A stretch of DNA of 64,000 bases from Mobula hypostoma (Eukaryota). Every line of letters begins with the position of its first letter. The first letter of the stretch is position 1. The DNA is taken from positions 62,002,001 through 62,066,000 of the forward strand of contig NC_086108.1 in assembly GCF_963921235.1 (NCBI RefSeq), in the 5' to 3' direction. Below are positions 51,301-62,216 of the stretch, in pieces. The notes under the pieces are model-generated. The model ran no database searches. It was not told the origin of the DNA and worked only from the letters and a program-made list of their open reading frames with translations. The position numbers were made by a program, and so were the translations under genes.

Positions 51301-52225
51301 ATTAACTATGTCACTCTCCATCTTAATGAAGAATTCCACCATATTATGGTCACTCTTACCAAAGGGGCCTCGCACGACAAGATTGCTAACTAACCCTTCC
51401 TCATTGCTCCATACCCAGTCTAGAATGGCCTGCTCTCTAGTTGGTTCCTCGACATGTTGGTTCAGAAAACTATCCCGCATACATTCCAAGAAATTCTCTT
51501 CCTCAGCACCCTTACCAATTTGGTTCACCCAATCTATATGTAGATTGAAGTCACCCATTATAACTGCTGTTCCTTTATTGCACGCATTTCTAATTTCCTG
51601 TTTAATGCCATCCCCAAACTCACAACAACTGTTAGGTGGCCTGTACACAACTCCCACCAGCGTTTTCTGCCCCTTAGTGTTATGCAGCTCTACCCATATC
51701 GATTCTACATCCTCCTGGCTAATGTCCTTCCTTTCTATTGCATTAATCTCCTCTCTAACCAGCAACACTACCCCACCTCCTTTTCTTTCATGTCTATCCC
51801 TCCTGAATATTGAATGTCCCTGAATGTTGAGCTCCCATCCTTGGTCACCCTGGAGTCATGTCTCTGTGATCCCAACTATATCATATTCATTAATAACAAT
51901 CTGCACTTTTAATTCATCCACCTTGTTACGAATGCTCCTAGCATTGACACACAAAGCCTTCAGGCTTGCTTTTACAACACTTTTAGCCCTTATACAATTA
52001 TGTTGAAAAGTGGCCCTTTTTGATTTTTGCCCTGGATTTGCTCAGTTCATACTGCAAAACTGCCAGGTCATACAAGCAGTTCGAAAGCTCAACTCCAGAA
52101 AGGGAAATTACAGGCTATTGGTTGTAGTGATCATTGTCGAGAAAAACTGTGATTAATAAAGTAGTTAATAGGTTTGTTTGCTGCCAGCAAGTCTTCACCG
52201 TGCTTCAGCAACGCCATCTTAAATT
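48378..52225 (-). mobile_element. Non-coding candidate non-autonomous retroelement (48378-49081 + 52041-52225) split by CR1
   Basis: Minus-strand start TTTAAGATGGCG; 3' end AATAAATGTATTTTGAACTTTG. The 3' segment resembles 15069-15140. Confidence 0.55.
49082..52040 (-). mobile_element. CR1 LINE, ~3 kb, most of ORF2 (EN+RT) with frameshifts
   Basis: ORFs 50893-51768 (VYRPP, MGDFN, SDHN), 49943-50884 (KSPGPDG, YRPVSLTS, DFQKAFDKV, KFADD), 49498-49971 and 49171-49476. (TTTCTATG) tail at about 49082. Confidence 0.93.
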
Positions 52226-54934
52226 CTCAATGATTCGACTGGCTCCTACACTCACCTTTTCCCTATAACCCCTCTTATACCTATTCTATTATTTTATAAA
52301 ATCTATTTGCCACATTCTTGTTGGAAATTGCATCCCTTAAATCCCTGCACAATGAATCTTCCAGCCATATAAAACCTATCACAAAGGGAGTTTATTCAAT
52401 ATAGATACAAAATTCAATAAAGTGACATGTAGCAAAGACGTATAGACAGTGATAAGGTAATCAGCAGCTGGAAGTTGAGAATGCTGGAAACAGTTGACAT
52501 GGTTGAACTTTGTGTACTGATGAAAAGTTATTAACCTGGAAAAACAGCTTTTTCTCTATTCACATTTTACCTAACCTGCTGAAATTTTCCGATAGTTTTG
52601 TTTTTATTTCACATGTTTAGAATTTTTTTGTTGCCTTTTAATGACTGGGTAATCTGCTTTTGCTCAAGACAGTGTTTGCAAAGCTACCAGAATTATCTCC
52701 CTCACATAATATTTAATGTTTCTGAAAATAAAGATGGTATGCACATCTTTGAAATACACGAAAACCTCCTTAAATTCAAGGGCCACAGACTCGAACTAAG
52801 TGAGCTACAAAGTGTCACCCGTTTGGCCACCTGCTTCATGACAATGAATCGTATTTGGCTCCAGTTGTGGTTGGCATGCTCTGATGTGCACAGGGTAGTG
52901 CCATCATTCTGCTGCCTGTTCTGGCCAGAGGTCAAATTTCACTTCCACTTTCTGCAACAAAGCACATTACTTCATTTATCAGATACGTAGCTTTTAGAAT
53001 TGATGGGTTTGTGTGCCACTTCTTTTCTGTTCACACACTAAAGTAAGAGCACTCACTTACCTATATGGGAAGGCAGAATAAACACATTTCCATTTCATAG
53101 AGAATGTGTAATGTTCCACTTTAGTGAGCTATTTATAGCCATTCTCCACTTTATCCCATTTTTAATGCCCATATCAAGAGTTAAGAGCAATCCATTTCAA
53201 TTTACCTCAGTATATCCTAATTTTCACAATCATTTCCACATTCTCCATATTATAAACCACATTTTACCAAACTTTTGTCTTCTCTATATGGTCAGTTACC
53301 ACTCCCATAAGCAAGTTTTATGTCCAGTACTGGGAGTACATTAACAATATCAAATCATATCATTACTCACATTGTAAATAACCCCCTTTTAAGCTGAAAT
53401 TGACACCTAATCTGCCCTCGGTTGCTTTTTCTACCCTCTAGTTTAATGCCCCAGCTAGAGAGCTGTACCCAGCTACAAACCATTAAGCTATACTATTTTA
53501 GACCATAAAATAAAACTACATCTCTAATCAAATCATATTATCATTGAACTAATTCCTGTGTTCAATAAACTTGTGATGATTTCACTCCTTTAAGGTCATC
53601 AGGTAACGTGACCTAACTCATGATGAAATAATATACCACAATGTTTCTTTGGCATTCAGTATTTTCCCCCTTGATAATCTGGCCAATAAACTAATCCAAG
53701 CCTGACTTTCACCTTGAAGGAGCAACTAGTCCTTTATGGCAGAAATGACCATAAATGAGCATTTTTTAATCTCTTTTGTGTCATATTTTCAAAGAATGGG
53801 AACAGGAGCTCACAGTAGGGCTGCTTGCCTGTTAAATAAATCATTCATGGGCTCGTCAATGGAATTCTGACTTCTCTCCCCACCCCCCAGAAAATACTCG
53901 TGTGAGCAAGGACACAGCTGACACTACCTGCTGAGCTTAAAGGAGTAAGGTCATCCCAAGGATAATAAATGTAGGTGCTTAAAAGGTACGAAACAAGGTA
54001 ACAAATTACATACAATGTTCAGCAGTTGTACAGCACATCTGGAGCACCAAACTCATTAACGTTAAAGTATCTGATAACAACAGCAAGAGAAACTTGGAAC
54101 GTGAATTTTCAAAAATGAATTTAGTTTAAAACATCTAAGTGGAGCTCAACTAATTCTATTTTGTTACAGTGCAATGTAACATATCACACTGAACAAAGGA
54201 AAGGCTCGCGGTTCATTCACAAAGCCTGGGTATTCACTATGAGGCCTTCTCCGGGTCTGATGTTCTCAATCCTTCTCAAGTCCACCATTAGCTTTGTACG
54301 CTGGCCAGGGGGTATGGCATTTCTGAACCAGAGTAGTACCAACCTGCTCCACAAATCAAGCTGCTGTCAGCTGAATGGCAGGCCACACCGCACCCATTTC
54401 AAACTGAGGCACCGATGTGCTGCTGCCACCATCACTTCATTCAGTGCTTTGTGCTGGTCCTGTGCTGCGTCAGATCATCACACAGCACTCTGCCCTGAGA
54501 GTGTGAGGCACTTTTAACTGCATTGGACAAGAGCTAGTCTACTGGAATGAAGGCTGAATTCACCCTCCACTCTCTTTCTAGGTTTTATTATAGTTCAGGA
54601 GCTGCGTCTCCCACTTTCTGACTCGGGCCAGCTTGGATCTGTAACCACACAAAATTATTCTGTAGGATGCTAGTCTTCATTCTTCATCATTTGGACCTGA
54701 GCTGGCCCTCCACCAAACTCATTAGTGACCTCCTGAGTTCCGTCCTTTTTGGACCTTGGGTCAGAAACTTCGACGATGCCATGGGCTGACACAGTAAGTC
54801 AGTCCAGGTGCTGAACTGTCCAGATATACACATGATATACAATCTCCATCATCCACACCCACTTCTCCCCACACACAATATAAGTGGGCCAGCCGCACAC
54901 ACACAAGGGTGTGCTGCCTGGCATTGGAGACATA

Positions 54935-55395
54935 ATGAGAATGATCCTGGGAATGAAAGGGTTAACATATGAGGAATGTTTGATGACTCTGGGCCTGTAG
55001 TCACTAGAATTTAGAAGAATAAGGGGGATCTCAATGAAACCTGCTGATCACTAAAATGCAGAGATAGAATGGACTTCCAGAAGACACTTCCAATTGTTGT
55101 AAAGTCTAGGACCAGAGGGCACAGACTCAGAATAAAAGAATGTCTCCAGAACAGAGATGAGAAGGAATTTCTTTAGCTAGAGGGTGGTGCACCTATATAA
55201 TTTGTTGCTACAGGTGGCTGTGAAGCCATTTTGGGTGTATTTGACTCAGAGGTTAGTAGGTTCTTGATTAGTAAGTGTGTCAGAGGTTTACAGGGAGAAG
55301 GCCAGAGACTGATGTTGAGGGGGAATATTAATCAGCCATGGTGGAGCAGATGCAATGAGCTGAATGAGTCTAATTCTGTTATGTTTTATGGTCTC
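54935..55395 (+). mobile_element. CR1 3' fragment
   Basis: gaatgatcctgggaatgaaagggttaacatatgagg..tctaggaccagagggcacag, typical CR1 ORF2 end. Confidence 0.8.
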
Positions 55396-55929
55396 CAATC
55401 AAACCAGAAGTTGGGCTACTTGCATTAACGACTCATCTACTGACTTGCCAAAGTCTGCAAAGTACACTCAGGGATACAATGTCTTCAATTTTCAGAATAA
55501 GTAGAGTTCTGCTACATAGAGCAAAGCAATTTATATCACTGGACCCTGTTTACCACTTTACACGTTCATTACCTACATGAGCGTGCACATGCCTGGAGCA
55601 TGTAACATAGAAAAAAGATGCACTTCATCTCTCTTTGCCACAATCTTTGCTCATGCCTCCCAAATCTGTTGCATCCAGAAAGAAAATGAGTGGAAATGAC
55701 ACCTAAATAATGGAAAGATGTAACTGCTTCTTCGTTATATCTAGCTCAAAATCCTGAAACTTGTTTGCAGAGAAAACACTATAAGGACTTGTGTTTTGTT
55801 GAAGAATTTCATCTACCTTTCTCAAGGGCTATAAGTTACATTTATTAAGTAACGATCTTGCCAGCAAAGTCCAAATTTCATGAAAATAACAAAAAAAAAA
55901 GTTTAAAGTATCTACAACTCTATGTCTCT

Positions 55930-56792
55930 CTCACATTCAGTGTCAGAAAGGCCAAAGAATTGATGGTGGATTTTAGAAGGAAAAGTCAGGAGAACAGACA
56001 TCAGTTCTCATTGAATGGTCAGCGGTGGATACAGTGAGGAAGTGAGAAATCATTGTATTCCTGAGTGTACTTTGCCAGACTTTGGGAAGTCAGAAGATGA
56101 GACAATAGTGGAATCAAGCAAACTTCTGGTTTGATTTTAAACCATAAGACCTGGCAGAATTAGGCCATTCGGCTTATCGAGTCTGCTCTACCATTTGATC
56201 ATGGCCGATTAACAGGGTGAGCAGTTTCAAGTTCCTGAAGCCAACACACTGATGCAATCATGAAGAAGGCATGCCAGTGTAGTTTGAGGAGATGTGGTAT
56301 GTCACCAAAGACTTCTTGCAAATTTCTATAGATGTAATGTGAAGAGCATTCTCACTTTTAGCCTCACAGCCAGGCATGGAGGTTCCTATACACAGGATTG
56401 TAAGAGGCTACGAAGGGATGTGGACTCAGCCAGTTACATCACTGAGGCACAAATCTTCCCATCACTGAGGACACTTCAAGAGGCAGAGCCTCAAGAAGAC
56501 ATCATCCATCACTAAGGACCCTCACCATCGAGGACATGTGCTCTTCTTGTTACTACCACTGGGGAGGTGCTACAGAACCTGAAGAGCCACAGTCAACGAT
56601 TTAGAAGTGGTTTCTTCCTCTCTGCCTTCAGATTTCTGAATGGTCCGTAAACACCATCTCATTATTCCTTTATCTTTGAACTATTTATTTGCTTTGCAAT
56701 TTATAGTAATTTTATATCTTTGTATTGTACTGCTGCATCAAAATAATAAATCCTATGTCATATAAGACAGTGATAATAAACCTGATGCTGAA
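55930..56792 (+). mobile_element. Degenerate Rex1/Babar 3' fragment with internal insertions
   Basis: NFYRCNVKSILT remnant; ends AATAAACCTGATGCTGA. Confidence 0.75.
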
Positions 56793-56796
56793 CTTC

Positions 56797-57110
56797 AGTA
56801 GCACAGTAAAGCCTCTGCCTCAAAGCACCAAAAACACAGTTTCAATCCTGACCTCGGGTACTGTCTGTGTGGAGTTTGCATGTTCTTCTGTGACAACATA
56901 GGTTTCCTCTGTATGAGCCTGTTTACTTCCACATCCCAAAGAAGGGAGGTTATGAGGTTAATTGACTACTGTAAAGTGTTATGAGTGTGAGAGTGAGTGG
57001 TAGAATCCGGAGAGAATGAGAAGAGGATGAAAGAAATGGGTGGTTGATGGTCAGTATGATCTCAGTGTGTTGAAGGGTTTGCCTATGCTGTACTGCTCAA
57101 TGACTAATGT
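56797..57110 (+). mobile_element. V-SINE
   Basis: cagtagcacag..gtttcaatcctgacctcggg..gtgtggagtttgcatgttct. Confidence 0.75.
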
Positions 57111-58369
57111 TTCCTCCTGAAACACGAAAGAAAGGCCCACTATCATCATCCAGGCACAGATGAAATATTTCATCCAGAAGCTTTCCGTGAGTACTTTTGT
57201 GATTTGTGCAGAATCCCAGAATTTTTCATCTACATTGCTGAAGGTCTCTTAACCGGTATTTAAAAATAGCTGTCTCACAAATCTTTCACCTTTATCGCAC
57301 TGTAATACTGACATGCCAACTTTACAAGCTTGTACTATTCATGTCCCAGCATCCTTATTTATCTCCTAGGATTCCAAGGGAGCATCCTCCCATCCCTGAG
57401 ACAGCTCAATGGGTATGAAATATTCAGCAACTCTCCTGGAGGGTTTTAAATTATTGATTAAGTCACCTGATTTTTAAAGTTAGAAATTCAGCCCTTAACA
57501 GTAAATGCCAGATACTCTGTAATCTGTTCCACCTGCACCATACTTCTTAAGCGGTTAATCATCTTCCTGTCACTAATGAACAAAACTTCCCTAGCTTATC
57601 ACGTTGCCTGTGCATTCCAGGTAGATCGTGTTTACAGGCCGATTATGAACATTTTCAGAAGTACTTTCTCACCATATGGTGCTGTCAAAGTAAAAAAAAA
57701 TCTATGTAGAACAGTCAGAATCATCTGCCTCATTAATACGTGGAAATAACAGGCGCCGGCTTCCAGGCACACTACTCTGCCAGTAGATGAACTATCATTT
57801 CTAACCCCATCCTTACTCTGACAGTTTCACCTTCATGCTGGCCTCATGCTAACTCTTGTTTCCCCGCGTTCAGTGTGCGCCATTATCCTTAATTCCCATT
57901 TGTGTGGCAATATCTCCAAATTAAATTCCCCTTTTATCTGTGAGCCCATGACCTGTCAACTAAAACCTTCAGCTGTTCAGCTGAATTAGTTCACATTTTC
58001 TGTTGCAAATCACACTACCAGTACTTCAGGCGCCTTGATGCTTTCAGAATGGTACTGCGATTGTTCTATGAACTCATAAAATTTTAACTATTTTAAGTCA
58101 TTTTTATCACCGGCACAAATCGGTATCCTGGGCAGCTGGCATATATTGTTACACCTTTCATGTTATATTTAGAAGCTCCCTCAGATACAACCCTAGGCAG
58201 CAGAGATCTGAAATCAATTGGCTCAAATTTTTGAACTACATGAGGTCCAGTGTGTGAGTGCCTGTGACAAAACTGAAGCAATCACAACTCTGTTCAGTCA
58301 GTAGGGGATCTATCTCAGCTTCCTCCTGAAATCTTCACCGTCACAGAAACAAGTCTTCATTCAATATAA

Positions 58370-58790
58370 TTCACTCTGTATTACATCAGGAAGTGGCTGA
58401 CAACACTGACAATGCAGTAAAATCTACCAGACTAAACAACAGCTGTGGTACTGAAGCTCTGGCTCCAGATTTATCTGTGCCCCTCGTCAGAACTTTTCAA
58501 GTACAGTTACAAGACTGGCATCTGCCTTGGCATAAACAGCAGAATAATTCCAGCCCAAATAATGTGTGTCCGACTGGTTTACTGTCAATCATCAATGATG
58601 GCAAATATCACCAACGTGTGTCGTGTGGCACCAATTCACCAATAATCTGATCACCAATCCGGGTTATGAGTTCTGCCAGGACCACTCAGCTCCACACCTC
58701 ATCACTGCTCTGGTGCAAACATAACCAAAGAGCTAAATTCCTCAGGCATGGTGGGAGCGACTGCCCTTAACGTCAAAGCAGCATTTGAGG
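58370..58790 (+). mobile_element. Ancient CR1-clade RT remnant
   Basis: Frameshifted translation resembles VLK..APDLSVPL..LFKYSYKTG and P.N..P.GLLSII. Related decayed copies probably lie at about 60-730 and 16870-17870 on the minus strand. Confidence 0.55.
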
Positions 58791-59045
58791 AACCCCAACT
58801 CCTTCTCTTTCTCCTGTGGTCCATTTTCCTCTCCTATCAGATTCTTTCATCTCCAGCCCTAGACCTTTCCCACCCACCTGACTTCACCAATCACCTTCCA
58901 GCTAGCCTCCTTCTCTTCTCCCCACCTTTTATTTCTCTCTCCGTCCTGAAGAAAGGTCTCTGCCCAAAACAAAGACTGTTTACTCCTCTCTATGGATGCT
59001 GCCTGACCTGCTGAATCCCTCCAACATTTTGTGTGTGTTGCTCAG
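58790..59045 (+). mobile_element. Penelope 3' repeat remnant with decayed hammerhead (58943-58978)
   Basis: gtcctgaagaaaggtctctgcccaaaac..gactgtt..gatgctgcctgacctgctg..gtgtgtgttgct is homologous to 33826-33926. Confidence 0.75.
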
Positions 59046-59221
59046 TATTTGACAGGGAATATAAAAATCAACAGGCATTAAGGAGAAGCACCACAAATGT
59101 TGCAGTCATAAAGGAAGAATGCTGCCATTGGTGAAGGTTAATAATACAAGTCTTGGGATGCCCTTGGCCCAACCAATTCTGTTACTTCCTCAATGACCTT
59201 CCTTCCAAAATTGAGGATTAT

Positions 59222-59500
59222 GGACGCCACAGTACTGAAGTGCTTAGCACAGCACTACTACAGCTTGGGGGCATCAGAGTTTGTAGTTCAATTCTGAAGT
59301 AACTGGTAAGGAATCTGTATGTCGTCCACGTGGAATATGTGGGTTTTTTCGGGGTGCTCCAGTTTCCTCCCTCAGTCTAAAGACATACTGGTTAGTAGGT
59401 TAATTGTCCCATGATTAGGCCAGGGTTAAGTTGGGAGTTGCTGGGTGACAGGGCTTGAAGGGACAGAAGGGCCGATTCTGCGCTGTATCTCTAAATAAAT
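59222..59500 (+). mobile_element. V-SINE
   Basis: Homologous to 46514-46798. Confidence 0.8.
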
Positions 59501-60104
59501 AGCAAGTAAATAAATGAATAAAGCAAACAACTAAATGAATAATTCTCTCGATAACTTGTCAGAAAATGAAGCAGACCTATCAGCTTGCAGCAGGAACCAG
59601 ACAACAAAGATGTATGGACTCTTGTGTCACAGAGGGGTTGGGCAATGACTGTTCAGACTGAGCGCTCATGCTCCTGCCACTAGCTCATTTCTCCCTGTCA
59701 CAACTCCTCAGCAGGTACTGCACACCTTACAAAACAGTGAAGAAAGTCAACAGGTCAGACAGCATCACTTGCCGAGTTCTCTCTTGCATTTTGTCTGTGC
59801 AGCTCAAGAAATCTGACACCTGCAGAATCTTTTGTGTTACGGGAGACTGTTCCTAAAAAACTGCACATTCAGCTTTTCAACTACAAATGAAATAAAGCAA
59901 AAACACTTTCTAAATGCAAGGATGGAATGTATGAAGTTAAATTGGATAATGAGTGACAATGGCCTGATCCAACCTGATCTGGAATACTGCTTCCTAAATG
60001 AGATAATGAAACAGTGCTCGCTCATCACGGTCCCATGCTACCAGCTACCAGCATTCACCTGATCCCGTATCACAATTCTAGGCAAAGACCGCAACACAAG
60101 CAGC

Positions 60105-60405
60105 AGCAAGCATCAGTGATACAGCACAGAGTCGGCCCTTCAGCCCCTTTGAGCCGCACCACGCCAGCAACCCCACAACCCCGATTTTACCCTAACCTAA
60201 CCATGGGACAGTTTACAATGACCAATTAACCTGCCCGTTACACCTTTGGACTGTGGGAGGGAACTGGAGCACCCAGAGAAAACACATGCATTCCATGGGG
60301 AGGACGTACAGAGACTCCCAACAGAGGATGCCAGAATTGAACTCTGAACTCTGGAACACTCCGAGCTGTAACAGCGTCACGCTGACCCCGACTCTGCCGT
60401 AGCTC
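60105..60405 (-). mobile_element. V-SINE
   Basis: Reverse complement carries the V domain and tRNA-like head. Confidence 0.8.
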
Positions 60406-60857
60406 CTCCAACTAACCACAAAGAAGAATCCTCACCAAGGCATAAACCCTTCAAACAAGGTCATTATCAATTCTCAAGTATTATCTAGGAATAATCAAAT
60501 TACTTATTTTCCAATATTCATGTTTTAAAGGGATAAAACAGGCAAAAAGCTGTTTTGTTTGTTGCTTTTTAAAGAAATCTTTAACAGAAGATGTATGTTT
60601 GAAAGTTGAAGGAACATCTGAGTTTCATCCTAGCTCAGTCAGGTAAAAAAGCTCCACTTCCAGGAGTTATGTAATGTATGGAGAGAGATAGAGCTTATCT
60701 TGGAAAACTGAGTCTCTTTGGTCACTCATTCGGGCCTCTCCAAGTTAATTATTAGACAGAACAATTACACAGTATGGCTATTCATCAAAGTTATCCTCAC
60801 GGAACTAATTAACATGTGGGTTTTCCGTTTTTCTGAGTAACGCGAGTTCCTATTTAC

Positions 60858-61007
60858 CTTTGGAATCAGGTTGTCCAGGTGTTGAACTCGACGTTCATTT
60901 GATGGATGCGTAGAAAACCATTCAGGAATTTGAAATGTACCAGAAACAATCTTCATCAATTCCAGCTGCTGCCAATATACACTGCTGGCTCTCACATCTA
61001 TGCAGGC
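60858..61007 (-). CDS. OMA1: OMA1 penultimate coding exon (150 bp, phase 0/0)
   Basis: Minus strand ctag|GCC TGC ATA GAT...ATT CCA AAG|gtaaat translates ACIDVRASSVYWQQLELMKIVSGTFQIPEWFSTHPSNERRVQHLDNLIPK. This matches the vertebrate OMA1 segment ACxDVRASSVFWQQM...PEWLSTHPS as I recall it, including the M48 STHP motif. Canonical AG/GT boundaries. Confidence 0.95.
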
Positions 61008-61479
61008 CTAGATTCAAGAGAGGTCACACATGAAAGATGGGGGAATTGGGTACAATACCAGCTGACACAAATTCCCTCAGCAGTTCTCAAGTTCTAAATT
61101 TAAAATTAGAAAAAATTCATTCAGTGGCCTTCTTGGATACAGCTGAGCAGTGTCCCGTCTGAAATGTTGAACTACCTTTCTCTTTCAAGTATTGACTGAC
61201 TTTCTGTAGTTCAAATATTTGCAGTTTTATCTCAGATTGTTTTTTCACCTCTACAAATTTACAGTGCTTGTTCAATAAAAGATGTATATTAGTCTCAGGA
61301 GACTGAAGGGAGACTGCATGTTATACACACCCAGCCTTAGCATTGTTCTACTTCCAGCAGTCAAAATTCTCCAATGCAGAAAGCTCTGTGATCAGCAATT
61401 ACTTCTTAGTATCTATTTAAAGCATATTATGTACCAATTTTTCTGTAAAATATATGATTAGAGAAATTCTTGGTTATAT

Positions 61480-62216
61480 TAGGGTAAGACCAAGGAACAC
61501 ATACCAATCTTCATAGAGGGATCAGAAGTGTAGAGAGTGAGCAGTTTCAAGTTCCTGGGTGTCAAGATCTCTGAGAACCTAACCTGGTCCCAACATATTG
61601 ATGCGGTTATAAAGAAGGCAAGACAGGGACTATACTTCATTAGGAGTTTGAAGAGATTTGGTATGTCAACAAGTACACTCAAAAACTTCTACAGATGTAC
61701 CGTGGACAGCATTCTGACAGGCTGCATCATTGTGTTGTATGTGGGGTCTACTGCACAGGACCGAAAGAAGCTGCAGAGGGTTGTAAATATAGTCAGCTCC
61801 TTCTTGGGTACTAGCCTACAAAGTACCCAGGACATCTTCAAGGAGCGGTGTCTCAGAAAGGCAGCATCCATTAAGGACCTATAGCACCCAAAGCATAGCC
61901 TTTTCTCACTGTTGCCATCAGGTAGAAGGTACAGAAGCCTGAAGACACACACTCAGCGATTCAGGAACAGCTTCTTCCCCTCTGCCATCTGATTTCTAAA
62001 TGGACATTGAACTCGCGCACAGTTTTTAAATATATTATTTGTTTTTTGTATGACTTTTAATCTATTCAATATACGTATATTGTAATTGATTTAATTATTT
62101 GTTTACTATTATTATTTTTTTCTTCTTCTACTTCTATATTATGTATTGCATTGAAATGCTGCTGCAAAGTTAACAAATTTCATAACACATGCCGGTGACA
62201 ATAAACCTGATTCTGA
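61480..62216 (+). mobile_element. Rex1/Babar 3' fragment
   Basis: Nearly colinear with 6968-7741 ([17 protein letters not shown]...); tail AATAAACCTGATTCTGA. Confidence 0.9.

Larger units (their letters stand above)
37491..60857 (-). other. OMA1: OMA1 last intron (23,367 bp, GT-AG)
   Basis: Lies between two phase-0 exons whose protein sequences are contiguous in OMA1. No intervening OMA1 coding sequence is needed. Confidence 0.88.

Noticed and set aside
51029..51823. 264-aa plus-strand ORF
   Set aside because: Antisense shadow of the CR1 ORF2.
52830..52951. Acceptor-like ttgttgcag followed by KVEVKFDLWPEQAAE* as an extra OMA1 exon
   Set aside because: All frames stop quickly, and the OMA1 protein is already contiguous without it.
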